DNA of 62,099 nt, counting the filler, from Streblomastix strix (lineage: Eukaryota), in assembly GCA_008636045.1 (NCBI GenBank). It is 4 parts of 4 records of this genome, joined end to end, with 100 filler letters (N's around TTAATTAATTAA, not from the genome) between each part and the next. Parts side by side here need not be neighbours in the genome. Positions count along the whole stretch, not along the records: positions 46,659 to 62,099 come from SNRW01000984.1; 3 more parts are not named here. The stretch is one strand, 5' to 3'. Positions 50,716 through 62,099 of the stretch are shown one piece after another. How positions within the stretch are numbered: position 1 is the first letter of the stretch; every line of letters starts with the position of its first letter. The notes below the pieces were generated by a model. That model saw nothing but the letters and a program-made list of their open reading frames with translations. It searched no databases and was not told where the DNA came from. The translations under genes were made by a program, and so were the position numbers.

Positions 50716-50995
50716 AATAATATATATAGGCTACACCACAGGGTTTTAATTCTGCAGCGCTATTTGTATACATAATCTCCACGCCAAATCTCTATCAATA
50801 CTAAGGCATAATTTAGCCATGATAATTGTAACCATAATCTCCGCGCCAAATCACTATACCTACAAAACCCGATAATGTCACGGCTGGTGACAATTTCATC
50901 AATAAGACGTATATTTTAATACCACAGATTACTATTTTATTTACATTATTTATATCCATAAATCCTTTGACACAAATGAACACATTCATCATCAA
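50716..50995 (+). repeat. Left TIR (contains an extra 62-bp unit)
   Basis: Reverse complement of 56890-57107. Confidence 0.92.
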
Positions 50996-51009
50996 AAATA
51001 ACAATATCA

Positions 51010-54000
51010 TCATTTACTCAAAGAGTCAGAATGCAAAACATTATCAATTAAGTAATGATCTGCATTAACTTCATATATTAATGAAGCCCAACATCCGTTA
51101 GATATCACAACCATTTTATTATGAATTTCTGTTAGCACTGATTTTTCAGTACTAATCACGGATATTACCCTCATTTTCATCTATAAATTATTAGTTGTCA
51201 CATTGATGTTCACACCGTCATTCAAGCATTTAATATAGTCATTAGTTGTTAGATTAGACTTCTTTTCACTAGCACCTTTCATTCTATTCACTAATGATAC
51301 TATGTCATCATTTTATTCATTTCCATTGTATAGACAATAACATTTTGGTGCAAGACAAATGATATTTTCACCTTATGATTCAGTTGTGATCCCAATTAAT
51401 TTCTTCTCTTCTGCAACAGTACAATCATTCCATGGAAGCCATTCTTTATAGTGTAGTCATAGAACTCTTAGTCTTTAATTACGTACTTCAATCCATATTT
51501 ATAACCTTTAATTTTTGATCCTGCAAAAACTAAATATATTTAGTCGGTATCTATAATACAGAAATGAACTCTATCCATATTAATACATTAATAGAGGAAG
51601 TTATTTACAAAATTTAGATACCGGAATTTGCTATTATCTAGTGTAAATACAGCTTCTTGAAGAGGCATATTTCATTTATATTGTCTAAATGATTCACTAA
51701 CCATATATTATGCTTCTTCAATTAATTCATCATCAGAATTGTATATATCATCATTTAATTTCCTTGTTGCCTTATGACACTAATTTAATTATTTGATTGA
51801 AGCATGTCGAGCATCATTAAAGGATATCTTATCAAACTTTGCATTATTTTATCCTTCTCCTCTGAAAGCACTATTTAGAATTTATTTGTAATATAAGGAT
51901 TTTGTGTCATTATGTAATCTAATTGCTTCCTATCTCTTACTTATCATTGTACATACAAAAAATTCAAATCCTAAGTATTTATCGAATAGTGCAATTGAAT
52001 CAATATCATCAATAATAAAGTTACAATTGTCAATCAAAAAAACCATAAAATATTGCTTGTGAAGATCATGAATTGATTTTGTGTTGATAGCAATGATGTT
52101 AATTTTGTAGTTGATTTGTCAACAGTTATTTCCTATGCACTCATCTTATTATACATAAATTCTCCAATCTATTCAATTGAATTATTATATGTTAATTTTC
52201 TACATATTGGAGCAAAATTTATATGTGTATTAATATGTTTTTCATCAATATGACCTTTAATTTTGATATAGAATGGCTATCATTTATCATTAAATCTATC
52301 AGCACTCATAATTACATCACGAGCTTTCTATTTTGAATTAGTAGATGTACATTTGAGATAATTAGTTACTCCACCTGCTTGATATATTCGATGATTTGTA
52401 TAAGGGTTATTTTTGTTGAAGACTCCACTAAATACACTTGGATAGAGAGAGTTGAAAGCTAAATCAGGAATGAGAGTAATTCTATGTTAGGTTTCATATG
52501 GTGTTATTGTTTTAGTTACATAATTATATCTAAGTTTCTTAATATGTGTGATTCCCTTCAAATTTCATTAATGATACACACTAGATAAACCACCTTACAT
52601 ACATTCCTTTTACATATTGTATAAAGATTCATTGTTAATTATCATAGGTAGATGTTCATTGATTGCATATTTCAATAGTTGTATCTATAATTTACTAATA
52701 TCATTATCTTTGTCAGCCTTAACTGTATTACATATTTTACAAGCTAGTTAACAATTCTATTTTGTATGACCGACTTAATTATCTATTCTATCTAAAGTTG
52801 GTTTTTTTAGTGAATTTGTTGTTATGTAGATGACATATTTCACTTGTTAATTTATCTCTAATCCAATCAATATCATCTTCTGTAACATTATTTGTTGTAT
52901 CTCTTCTTGCATATTCATCTTGATTGATATTTCCCTTTACTTTATTATTCCACCAGTATTAAGTAATTTCAAACTATTCAAAACTTTTAACAATATTGTA
53001 ACTTGCATCGATATCAAACATTCCAAAACAGTATTTATACTTAATTTGATTAGCAATTTGAGCTAATGATATGCATCCTAACATATCAACTTTCTCTTTC
53101 CACGTAATATTAAATAGAAGATTGATTGTGTTAATCATACAGGTGACGTCCCTAATATTATTGTGCTTTAGATACTCCTATCTATTATCAAATTTGATTG
53201 AATCATTAATGTACTGTTCATAATATTTATTATTAATGTTTCTATTGTTAAGTTTGTCATAAAAATCTTCCTTAATGAATGGTGTTGTTTATCCAAATAT
53301 TTATTAATAGTTATCATAATTGAATGATCCATGTGGAAATATACCCTTTGTTAGTTTTATTTCTTTTGTTCCATATTTCTCAATGAATTACTTTAATGTG
53401 TTGTTTAATGGAATAAAGGACAATATATCACCAAATCTCAAATCAAAATCATAATCTTAATGTGATACAATTGTTTATTTAGCTTGAATTGTTGATTCCA
53501 AATATTAAATTTTAGTCTTGTTTTTAATTAAGTGTTTGAGTAATAAATTCATATCGAACTTCTTAGAATTGAATCCTATAACTGATACTTGAGGCTTATA
53601 AGGAATATAACACTTATCATCAATTGTAACTTCAGGTACATTCGATTAATTTGCTTCGTTTACTTTAATAGCAACCTCAAACAATTAATTTATCCATTAT
53701 TCAATAAAATCAGTTCCGTTTCATAAAGCAAAATGTAAAGTAGAAATTTAATCATTTACTGTCACAGCTGATGCTACAGACAGAGGCTCTAATTAAGCTA
53801 TCACAGTGTTTACTTTAATTATGTTCTCAAATGTCTCAAAATCAAATGTAATGTAACTAGGTATTAGTGTTAATTATTCCAATTACCCTGTTGCAATTAA
53901 TTTATATAATAACTTATTATTTGAAACATGATAATAATATGGCTTTGGTAAATTATCTAATTTAAGTTATTTAGATGTCTCAGGACCTTAACAATACTTC

Positions 54001-56128
54001 TAATGCTTTGCAAAATCACGCTTATAATTCTATTTCTTAATATTAAATATTTTCTAACAATTATTGAGACAGAGTTTTTCATTAATTATCTTATCAATAT
54101 CAGTAATATACATAGCATGAATTTCATCCACTAGTGATAATGGAACTAATAAAACTTTAACAGTTAGATAGTCTTTGTCAATAATATATTCTTCAAATTT
54201 GTTAAATTATTCGACATCACTACGATTGGTTTTAGGTTTCACCCATTCACACATGTATGTTATTACATTTAGCTCAAATAATTATTAATATCTTTCAAGA
54301 TCAGTAACTTAAATAAATTCTTTATATGATTCGAGTAATTATTTATTAGCTTTATTTAATCTACAGTTTGGATTGATATCATGATATTAGATTAATAATT
54401 TAATAGCATCACTAATTCGACTCTTTATTTCAATAATATCAGGGTCTAAAGCAAATTATGCAACTATAAACCAACAAATTTTGTAATCACATTCTACATT
54501 TCTAGTAATTCCTTCTTTATTGAAGTGCAAACATATTTTATCCATTTTAGTCCCTAATGGAAGTCTATAAACAACAATCAAATCCGAAAATTGTGGTACC
54601 TTTAATGTTGCTGAGTCTTCATGAATACAGTCTTAATAATCTGCTTTCATATAAACAGCTTTCTAGTTGAAATAATCATTAATTTGCTTATCTCGAACTA
54701 CTGCATTAGGTAGAGTCTTATAACTATCATCAGCACTTGGTCTGGTGCATAAATAATTATATTCATCTAATATTTGATAATGCTTATATATGTATCTTTT
54801 TTTCTTGTATATAGATCCAAAACTAATATATACTTTATAGGTTTTAGCTTTCTATAACTCATATATCTATTCGAATTCATCTTTAAGTTTTTATAAGCCA
54901 TAGAAATGATTGTAATAGTACTACATATATGGCTCTATATTTTCTATACCTTTTGATAATTATAATAAGTTAGGTAACCTATCTGTACTAACTTCATTCT
55001 TTTCTAAATATCTCTTGCGTGCCTGATTTAGTGCTACATAATAGGCTGATAAGTTCTATGATGTTAAGATAACGAATGCTTTCTAATCAAGTTCCCTATT
55101 TTTATTTAATTACTCTGTTTTTGTCATATTCGGTTCATTAAAGTGATCCTTATGTAATCCATAATATTCATCATTAAGCTTTTTCACTCTTCTATTAAAT
55201 TCTTTTGCACCTAATTTTACTTCTAGATATTTGAGAATTTTAAATGATTTTTCACCCTATCTCTTGTATCTAGAATTGATAAGTATGTATTATAACTATT
55301 CATATAACTTATGTCTTTTTCATTTACTCTTAATCACTTTAGCTGCATTAATTGATTATTTCATTAGTTATTATGCTAAATGCTTACGATAATGCTTTTG
55401 GATTAGTTTAACTGATTTATTCTGTTTCTCTAATTTGTCTTTCAATTCTTGTATCTTTATTGATGCAACTATTCTTAATGGTCTAATTCTTATTAATGTT
55501 TCAATTATTATTCAACTTGTAATTATTTATAATTTGAATTAATTTACTTTGACTAATATATTTAATCTTCCGAATTAAATTCTTTTCTTTATATATTATT
55601 TAATGTATATAATGATTCTTATAATTTATGTATCTAATTAGTGATTTATTGCTAGACTTGTAACAATTATTATTTACCCTATTTTCGACCGCTTTCTTCA
55701 AATTAATATTTGTAATTAGCTCGATATTTATCAGGATTGAATATTCCATCATCAGAAATGTCAGAATTGTTCAATTCATTTATAATATCATCAATATTTG
55801 TAGTTAATTATGGTTTTTTTTATTAATTGCTATCAATTACTACTATTTATTATCTGTTTCTATTATTGGTTTTAAGTAGGGTAGTTGTTATTGTTCAAAT
55901 TATTCCAATTATTATTACTATTAATTATTTCTTTCAGCAATAATTTGATTTACAAATGCAACAATTTCAGTTGTAATAGTTATATGACCTTGATAATGTA
56001 AACGATGTAGTTCATTATTTAACATATTTCTTAAATCAACTGCTGTGTAGTTAGGTAATTATATAACTTATAATTGGTCTAGTAAATTTTGAATCTATTC
56101 TTTACTCATTCTATATTTTTTCTGCCAT
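51010..56128 (-). pseudogene. Protein-primed DNA polymerase B polyprotein (putative terminal protein, OTU-like protease, Zn finger, exonuclease, HNH-like insert, polymerase); several frameshifts
   Basis: ExoI YITFDFET, ExoII IGFNSKKFD, KGIFPH, motif A LAFNSLYPS, motif B YKQILNSAF, motif C IIDTD, CLAPKCY, MKG. Confidence 0.92.
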
Positions 56129-56271
56129 TTGTATGAAGAAAAAAAAGTTACTTTATTCGTGAGTCATTTTTCTAAATTTTTTATTTTTAATAAATAACAT
56201 AAGAATTTAAGTTGTTATTAATGCAAATCCCATCAATCAAATCTCCTAAACAAATGCGTTAATTTGTAAAA

Positions 56272-56592
56272 ATGAATAATGAATTATTATCCTATGTAGC
56301 AATATTCACTTTAAATAGATATATGACAATACTATAATTTTCATTCCTTCGAATATATGGTTAGATTCATATATAATTTGACGGTAAATGTAGATCTAGA
56401 TAATCTGAATTATTGCATTAATATATCAACTTAGCAGAGCTCAAACCAAAGGTTTCTGCTGGCGAAGCTGACTTTTTGAAGAAAATTGAAAACATAAATG
56501 CTATAAATTAGATAAGTGAATAATTTGATAATATTAATGAAAATTCGGATAGACTATATATTACTTTTGTCTATAATATTTTTAGTTATTGA
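56272..56592 (+). CDS. 106-aa orphan ORF divergent from pPolB inside the element
   Basis: Open in code 6: MNNELLSYVAIFTLNRYMTILQFSFLRIYGQIHIQFDGKCRSR... Confidence 0.5.
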
Positions 56593-56889
56593 TACATAAA
56601 GCATACAAGTATTTGAAATTATTTGAAAAATTTTAGTAGTTTATTTCTTATTATTTTAACACACAACCCTATAGCACTATGACAATTTATATATATATTT
56701 GTGATGTACCTAGTGATCTAGACTTTACATAGAAATAATTGATATATTTAGTCTATTAATTGGTGAAGAAATTAATAGTTAAAATTGATATATTTTTCAT
56801 TAATTTTGAAAATAATTCATTTATTTCTTAAAAAATTTTGAATAATTTTGATAAATATTTTAAATACTAATTCAAATCATTTATACATT

Positions 56890-57107
56890 TCATTGATGTA
56901 TGTATTCAATTGTGTCATACGATTTATGGATATAAATAATGTCAATAAAATAGTAATCTGTGGTATTAAAATATACGTCTTATTGATGAAATTGTCACAA
57001 GCCGTGACATTATCGGGTTTCGTAGGTATAGTGATTTGACGTGGAGATTATGTATACAAATAGCGCAGCAGAATTAAAACCCTGTGGTGTAGCCTATATA
57101 TATTATT
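56890..57107 (-). repeat. Right TIR
   Basis: Inverted copy of the left end. Confidence 0.92.
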
Positions 57108-59199
57108 AATATTCCAAAGAAAAATTATAGGATGAAAAATAGGGCCCAACAAGCGTATATCGAAATGTAATCTAAGGTGGATTAGGACTACTTATGATAT
57201 GTTTGCAGACAGTAGCTTCATATTTAATTGCACACACTGCATCATCTTGTCTAAATACTGGAAGAAGAGATATAGATTCACTATATATAAATTCAACAAT
57301 ATTTATAAAAAATATTTTAGTAAAAATTCCAAAATCAAGAATTTCAGGAACATCGTCTAGCGAATAACCATTTATATCTTTTTTTGATATATTTTCAAAT
57401 GATATTCAATAGCTTAAATTATTCTACTTATAATTTCTTATAACGGTCAGAAAAAAAGTTGAATAATAACTATTTGAGTTATTAGAAGATGATGATGACG
57501 ATTAAAAATAGATATAGAAAACAAATGCAGATAATGATAATCAAAATTTAAACTCAAATATTTACTCAAAAGTTACTATCTCAAAGGAAATAAAAGACAA
57601 CTACGAAGTGAAAGTAATAATTATAAGAAAAAGCTCAAAAATGGCAAAAAAAAGAAATTGACTGTTAAATTGATAACTAAGAAACAGAAGTTCCTATAGA
57701 ATAAATGCTAACAAGAAGAAAAAAGTACAAGAGAAGAAATGAACAAGGAAAACGAAGAAATAACAAAAAAAATTACTAAAAGAAATAAAAATTATTCATA
57801 TAATAAATATCTGGACTATAAATGCTGTTATGATGAAGATATTGAAGATGAAAAAATTTGGAAACATAACATAAGGGTTGGTTTCAGCTGACCTAATTTA
57901 TATATGTTTTTATTTAAAATACAATACATTCAATTATTCTATTTTCTGTTAAATTGATCAAAATTTTAGGAAATATCTATTCAAGTTGGAAATTTCATTT
58001 AAACTTTGAAAAAATAAATTTAAATGCATTTTTCTTTAATATTTTAAATTTATTAATTAATGCAAATATAACAAATACAAATATAACATTGATTAATTAA
58101 TAGAAATAAATTAATTAAATTATTTTTTTCAATAAATTATGTTAAAATTATAAAAAAATTAAATTTGCAGTTAAGTGGATATAAAATAAATTTTTTTTTT
58201 AAATTGATTCATTAAAAATCATATATTGCTATAAATAAATAAAATTTAATGTATAAAATTAAAAATGTGCGATTATAAGTAAGGTTTTCAACCAAATTTT
58301 AATTTCATTTTTCTTCGACAAATTTTTGGAATGATTAATAAATATTTATTATTAAATGATAATAAATATTAAAAGATTTATGTTGTTTATGAAATATTTC
58401 ATATTTTAAAATATTATTCATATACCTGGTATAAACATACAATGTTTATCATTTTTACATTTCCCCCCGCTTTAGACGTTACATAGATTCGATCAGTCAT
58501 ATAATATTTATCAAATATGTTAATATTGTTAAAAAAAATAAACTTACCAAAATGAATAAAATTAAATTAATAATCAGTTTGAAAATGAATAAATACATAC
58601 GCGTTTGATTGTAGTTAAATATAATAAAATTTATAAATATAAATTAAATAAGTATGTTATATTAAAAATTTATATCATACAAATATTGAAATTGGTTTTT
58701 TTCCGATTGAAAAATTCAAAAAATAAAATATTTAACTGTTTTTTCAATAATATTTTTATAAAATAGTACATTTTATATAAATATCAGTCATTTAATAATT
58801 TTAAAGATGAGTAATTACAAAATTGAGATATGATACATACCAGATAACGCGAAACGAACTCTTGTGAATAATTTTCTTAAATAATAGGTTAACGAATAAA
58901 AATTTATTTTACTTGTTTTTGATTTATTTTATAAATACATAAGATAAATAATTCTTATTTTGTATTTTTATTGAAAATTATATTTTTGTATATAAAAATA
59001 ATAATTTTTTACGAAAATACTATTTTTTCGATGTATAGGCATTATTTTTTAATAATATTAATTTCACGGAAAATAATAAAATTAAATTCGTATAATTTAA
59101 TTATTAACTCAAACATAAATTATATTGGCTGAGAGTCCCCATATAGGTTTAAAAAGAACTGTTATAACAAACTCAATTATTATTGAAGGTAAGACTCTC

Positions 59200-60180
59200 C
59201 TAAAAACATTGAATATTCGAAATCTTCAATTATTCAACTTCTGACAAAACTGGATAAAGTCGAATTGATTAGACAAGCAAATATTTAACAGATGTTGAAG
59301 AAGCTTCCGTTTTGAAACATGAACTTGAAATTATTGGAACTAAGTGGTGCTTATGTCAGTCTTAGGAACTAAACTTCAATTGGATTTGCTAAAACTGCTA
59401 CAAAAGAAGAGACTAGGTTAAAGATCAGTTAATATTCAGTAGAAACATATGACGAAACAATCCACAAATTCTTAGAATGTTCTCTTGCTGATCTGGTATA
59501 TTGCACTGACGAAGTCGGTTATTCTGGATTATGCAATAAGCGAAACCGAAGTATTATAGTTCAAGTAGTCAATAAAAACAAAAAATTGAATGTTCCTGTC
59601 GAACGTGGTGAGAAGCGTGTATCATCAAAAGAGATGGTCAGCCTAAACGTATAATCAATGACGAAATATTTTATTTTGAAAACCTAGTTGATTGGCTAGG
59701 GAATGAATTAGCTGAAAACATCTTTGAACACAGAGTTGATGATAAATTTCTTAAATTAAGTTTTTATTCCAAACGTTATTTTAACACATGCACATTTAAG
59801 CAATCATGCAAATGAAAGATCAATTCTGTTGATGGATAATTTCCTCCACATTCAACACATTTATTATATGTATTAGATTTATGCTTGTTCGAGCTTTGCA
59901 AATGACACCTATAACTATTGCGTAATAACCACTTACATGATAATTAAGAATTTATAGTACTACTTTGTATTTCTGCAAAGAGATAAGCCACTAAACCAAT
60001 AAAGCATTCGCGCAGGGTGTTTTGTAGGCGTTTTACGCGAGATAGAGAATGTTACCGGATATATTGTCGATTCATATGTTCCTGAGAGTATATAAATTGC
60101 AATTTTAAAAGCGAAAAACAAAGGAATAAAAACTTTGGAGACAATTAAACGTGTTGCAAACATTCATTTTTAAGATCCTT
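59200..60180 (+). pseudogene. pogo/Tigger-like (DDE_1) transposase remnant
   Basis: DLVYCTDEVGYS (NxDETG-like), VERGEKRVS..VSLN, SILLMDNF; heavily disrupted. Confidence 0.6.
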
Positions 60181-61925
60181 GTAAATTTATAAGTTACAAT
60201 TAGTTCTTAAAAATAATAATGAATTATATGAAACTATCGCGGATTACTAAATTATATATAATAAAAAACAATAAACCCATATTAATTTTAAAATAAATTT
60301 ATAATTTAAAAAAAATGCAAAACAGGTCATATATCTTATTTAATAGTTTATTATGGAGAGTTATTTAAGAAATTTATAGGGTATTTTCTAGAGATTAATT
60401 TTATAAAAAAAAGAAAGAAGATAAGCTATAAAATTAAATAGAAAAAGAAGAATAAGTAAATATTGAATATTTGATAGAAGAAAATGAAGAAAAGGATGAA
60501 ATTGATGAAAATTTTACATTTAACTTATAAGATGAGCTAATAAATGATTTTGAATTTAATCTATACGACCATGTTTCTCCTGCTATAGTTGTAACGTTTA
60601 TAGAAAATCCATTACAATAGTCAGATGAGATTTATTAGTTAATTATTAATTTAAAAAGAAAATATATTCTAGAAAATAGAAAATTAAAAGATTTCAAGAG
60701 TAAAATAGGCAGTTATATTTAGCTTAAAATTATTTTGAATTATGCATCAGAAGAGTATACATCAATTTTACCATATATATAATTGAATAAATACAAAGAT
60801 AAAAGTTACCGATATTGATTAAATAAAAATTGCTTATTACCTTTAAATTAATATTAATATAAAATTTAAATATTTATTTCCGAATTTATTATTTTTGTAC
60901 GTATAATCATATTCACATATGGAATAAGAAAATATAATAATAATAAAGTTTTAAATTTAATACAAAGTGATATATTTGCTAGATAGAGGCAAATTTTTAA
61001 CTATTATATTTGAGTATTTTATATGATTTTCTTTTAATTAACTTTCTTTTATTTTTAAAAACTAATTTCTTAAATTGTACTATATCTAAATATTAATATA
61101 TTTATATATTCTTAATTTTAAAACGAAATCATAAATCATCTACGTTAACAAAACTTATAAATTTAAGAAATTATTTGTATTTTCTTTATTTGTAAAACAG
61201 CCGAATAGCTTATCGGCGGTCTTCCTTAACCCTCTTCAAATATTCTTTCTGTAAACTGAACTCCTGTAAAGATTACGTTTTCGACTGCGACATCATATAA
61301 CGTTTTCGAAATTGCTTTAGTGACTATGACATGATGATCTCCTCTCTTTTCAAGCGTAGTAAGATCATTAGTGTTATATATGTTATTAAAACCTTCAAAT
61401 GCAAAAAATCTATAACTACGTTTCAATTCTATAAATTCTTTTCTTTCTTTTGTTTTATCATTTGATTTAATTTTCAGTCTATTTCTTACATTTTTTACTA
61501 ATATCTACAATTAAAGAATGTCAAATGAAGAAATAGTTTTAAAAATTTATATTTTTAAAGATTTTTTATTATTCAAAAATGATATTTCTTGAGATTTAAA
61601 TATAAAGTCAATATTTTATTCGATTCATCGGAATAGAAAATGAATATTAGTCTTATTTCTGTATTAAAAAATCTGTTGATGCTTTAATATTTTTATTTAA
61701 AGCAGACGAATTAATTATATTTGGTAAAAGTGAGACTAATGAAAAAAATTATATCCTTAAAACTTTTAAAGTGCATCTATTAATTTAGACAAAAGCTATA
61801 TATAAATTTAGTAAAAAATAATTTTCAAGTTTTGATAGGGTGCACTACACCGCAACCCTTGCTTAGATGATTCGCTGTTTCCGGCCCCATAGTAATTTTC
61901 CAGGCAGTTTCGCAAAAAAACACCA

Positions 61926-62099
61926 ATGCCATTTAAAGACCCACCGAAAATATGCAAGCTTAAATTCTGTTCCTAAGAAGTGAAAGATCCGTCGTTCGAT
62001 GGCTACTGCAGCAAAAGACATTTCGACATCGCCCGGCAGCAGCAGACCGAGCCATTTATTGAACGTCCTACTCCGCTAACGTCTGTACCAATCTAATCT
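61926..62099 (+). CDS. ORF start with a C-x4-C-x12-C-x3-H zinc knuckle, possibly the 5' end of another retroelement
   Basis: MPFKDPPKICKLKFCSQEVKDPSFDGYCSKRHFD; abrupt GC rise at ~61840; truncated by window end. Confidence 0.4.

Larger units (their letters stand above)
50716..57107. mobile_element. Complete 6.4-kb TIR-bounded pPolB-only element (mini-Polinton / linear-plasmid-like) with apparent 6-bp TSD AATATT
   Basis: Ends AATAATATATATAGGCTACACCACAGGG... and ...CCCTGTGGTGTAGCCTATATATATTATT; AATATT at 50710-50715 and 57108-57113; interior holds only pPolB and one small ORF. Confidence 0.88.

Noticed and set aside
50813..51013. Paired ORFs 50813-51013(-) and 56848-57039(+) with near-identical peptides
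   Set aside because: By-products of the TIRs; no independent evidence of coding
51010..56128. Programmed ribosomal frameshifting in the pPolB and fibre genes
   Set aside because: Shifts are numerous, often in homopolymers, and in the fibre genes differ between copies A and C; decay or sequencing error is more parsimonious

Overview
The window is four unrelated contigs of about 15.4 kb (1-15454, 15555-31007, 31108-46558, 46659-62099), joined by artificial N44-TTAATTAATTAA-N44 linkers. The source is an AT-rich eukaryote that reads TAA/TAG as Gln (code 6) and has short GT-AG introns; the oxymonad Streblomastix is my inferred best guess. The supplied standard-code ORF track therefore misses nearly all real genes, and I translated them by hand in code 6. 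Much of the DNA is endogenous Polinton/Maverick-type virus. (A) 3350-14096 and (C) 31200-41302 are two diverged copies of the right half of one family. They carry the pPolB C-terminus, packaging ATPase, a long fibre with His-x-His repeats, an adenovirus pVI-like peptide, MCP, a short fibre, optional HNH genes, a ~187-nt subterminal hairpin and an ACTACT-3' end. (B) ~18400-31007 is a second lineage with ATPase, MCP, a phage-like fibre and an rve integrase. (D) 50716-57107 is the most unusual item: a complete 6.4-kb element with TIRs and an apparent 6-bp target-site duplication. It encodes only a ~1700-codon protein-primed polymerase polyprotein and one small ORF, with no integrase, capsid or ATPase. 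Also present are DIRS retrotransposon pieces, a pogo-like remnant and host gene fragments (LCAT-like, RRM proteins, PITP). Many ORFs carry frameshifts or stops, from decay and/or assembly error. Family assignments come from motif recognition only; no database search was run.
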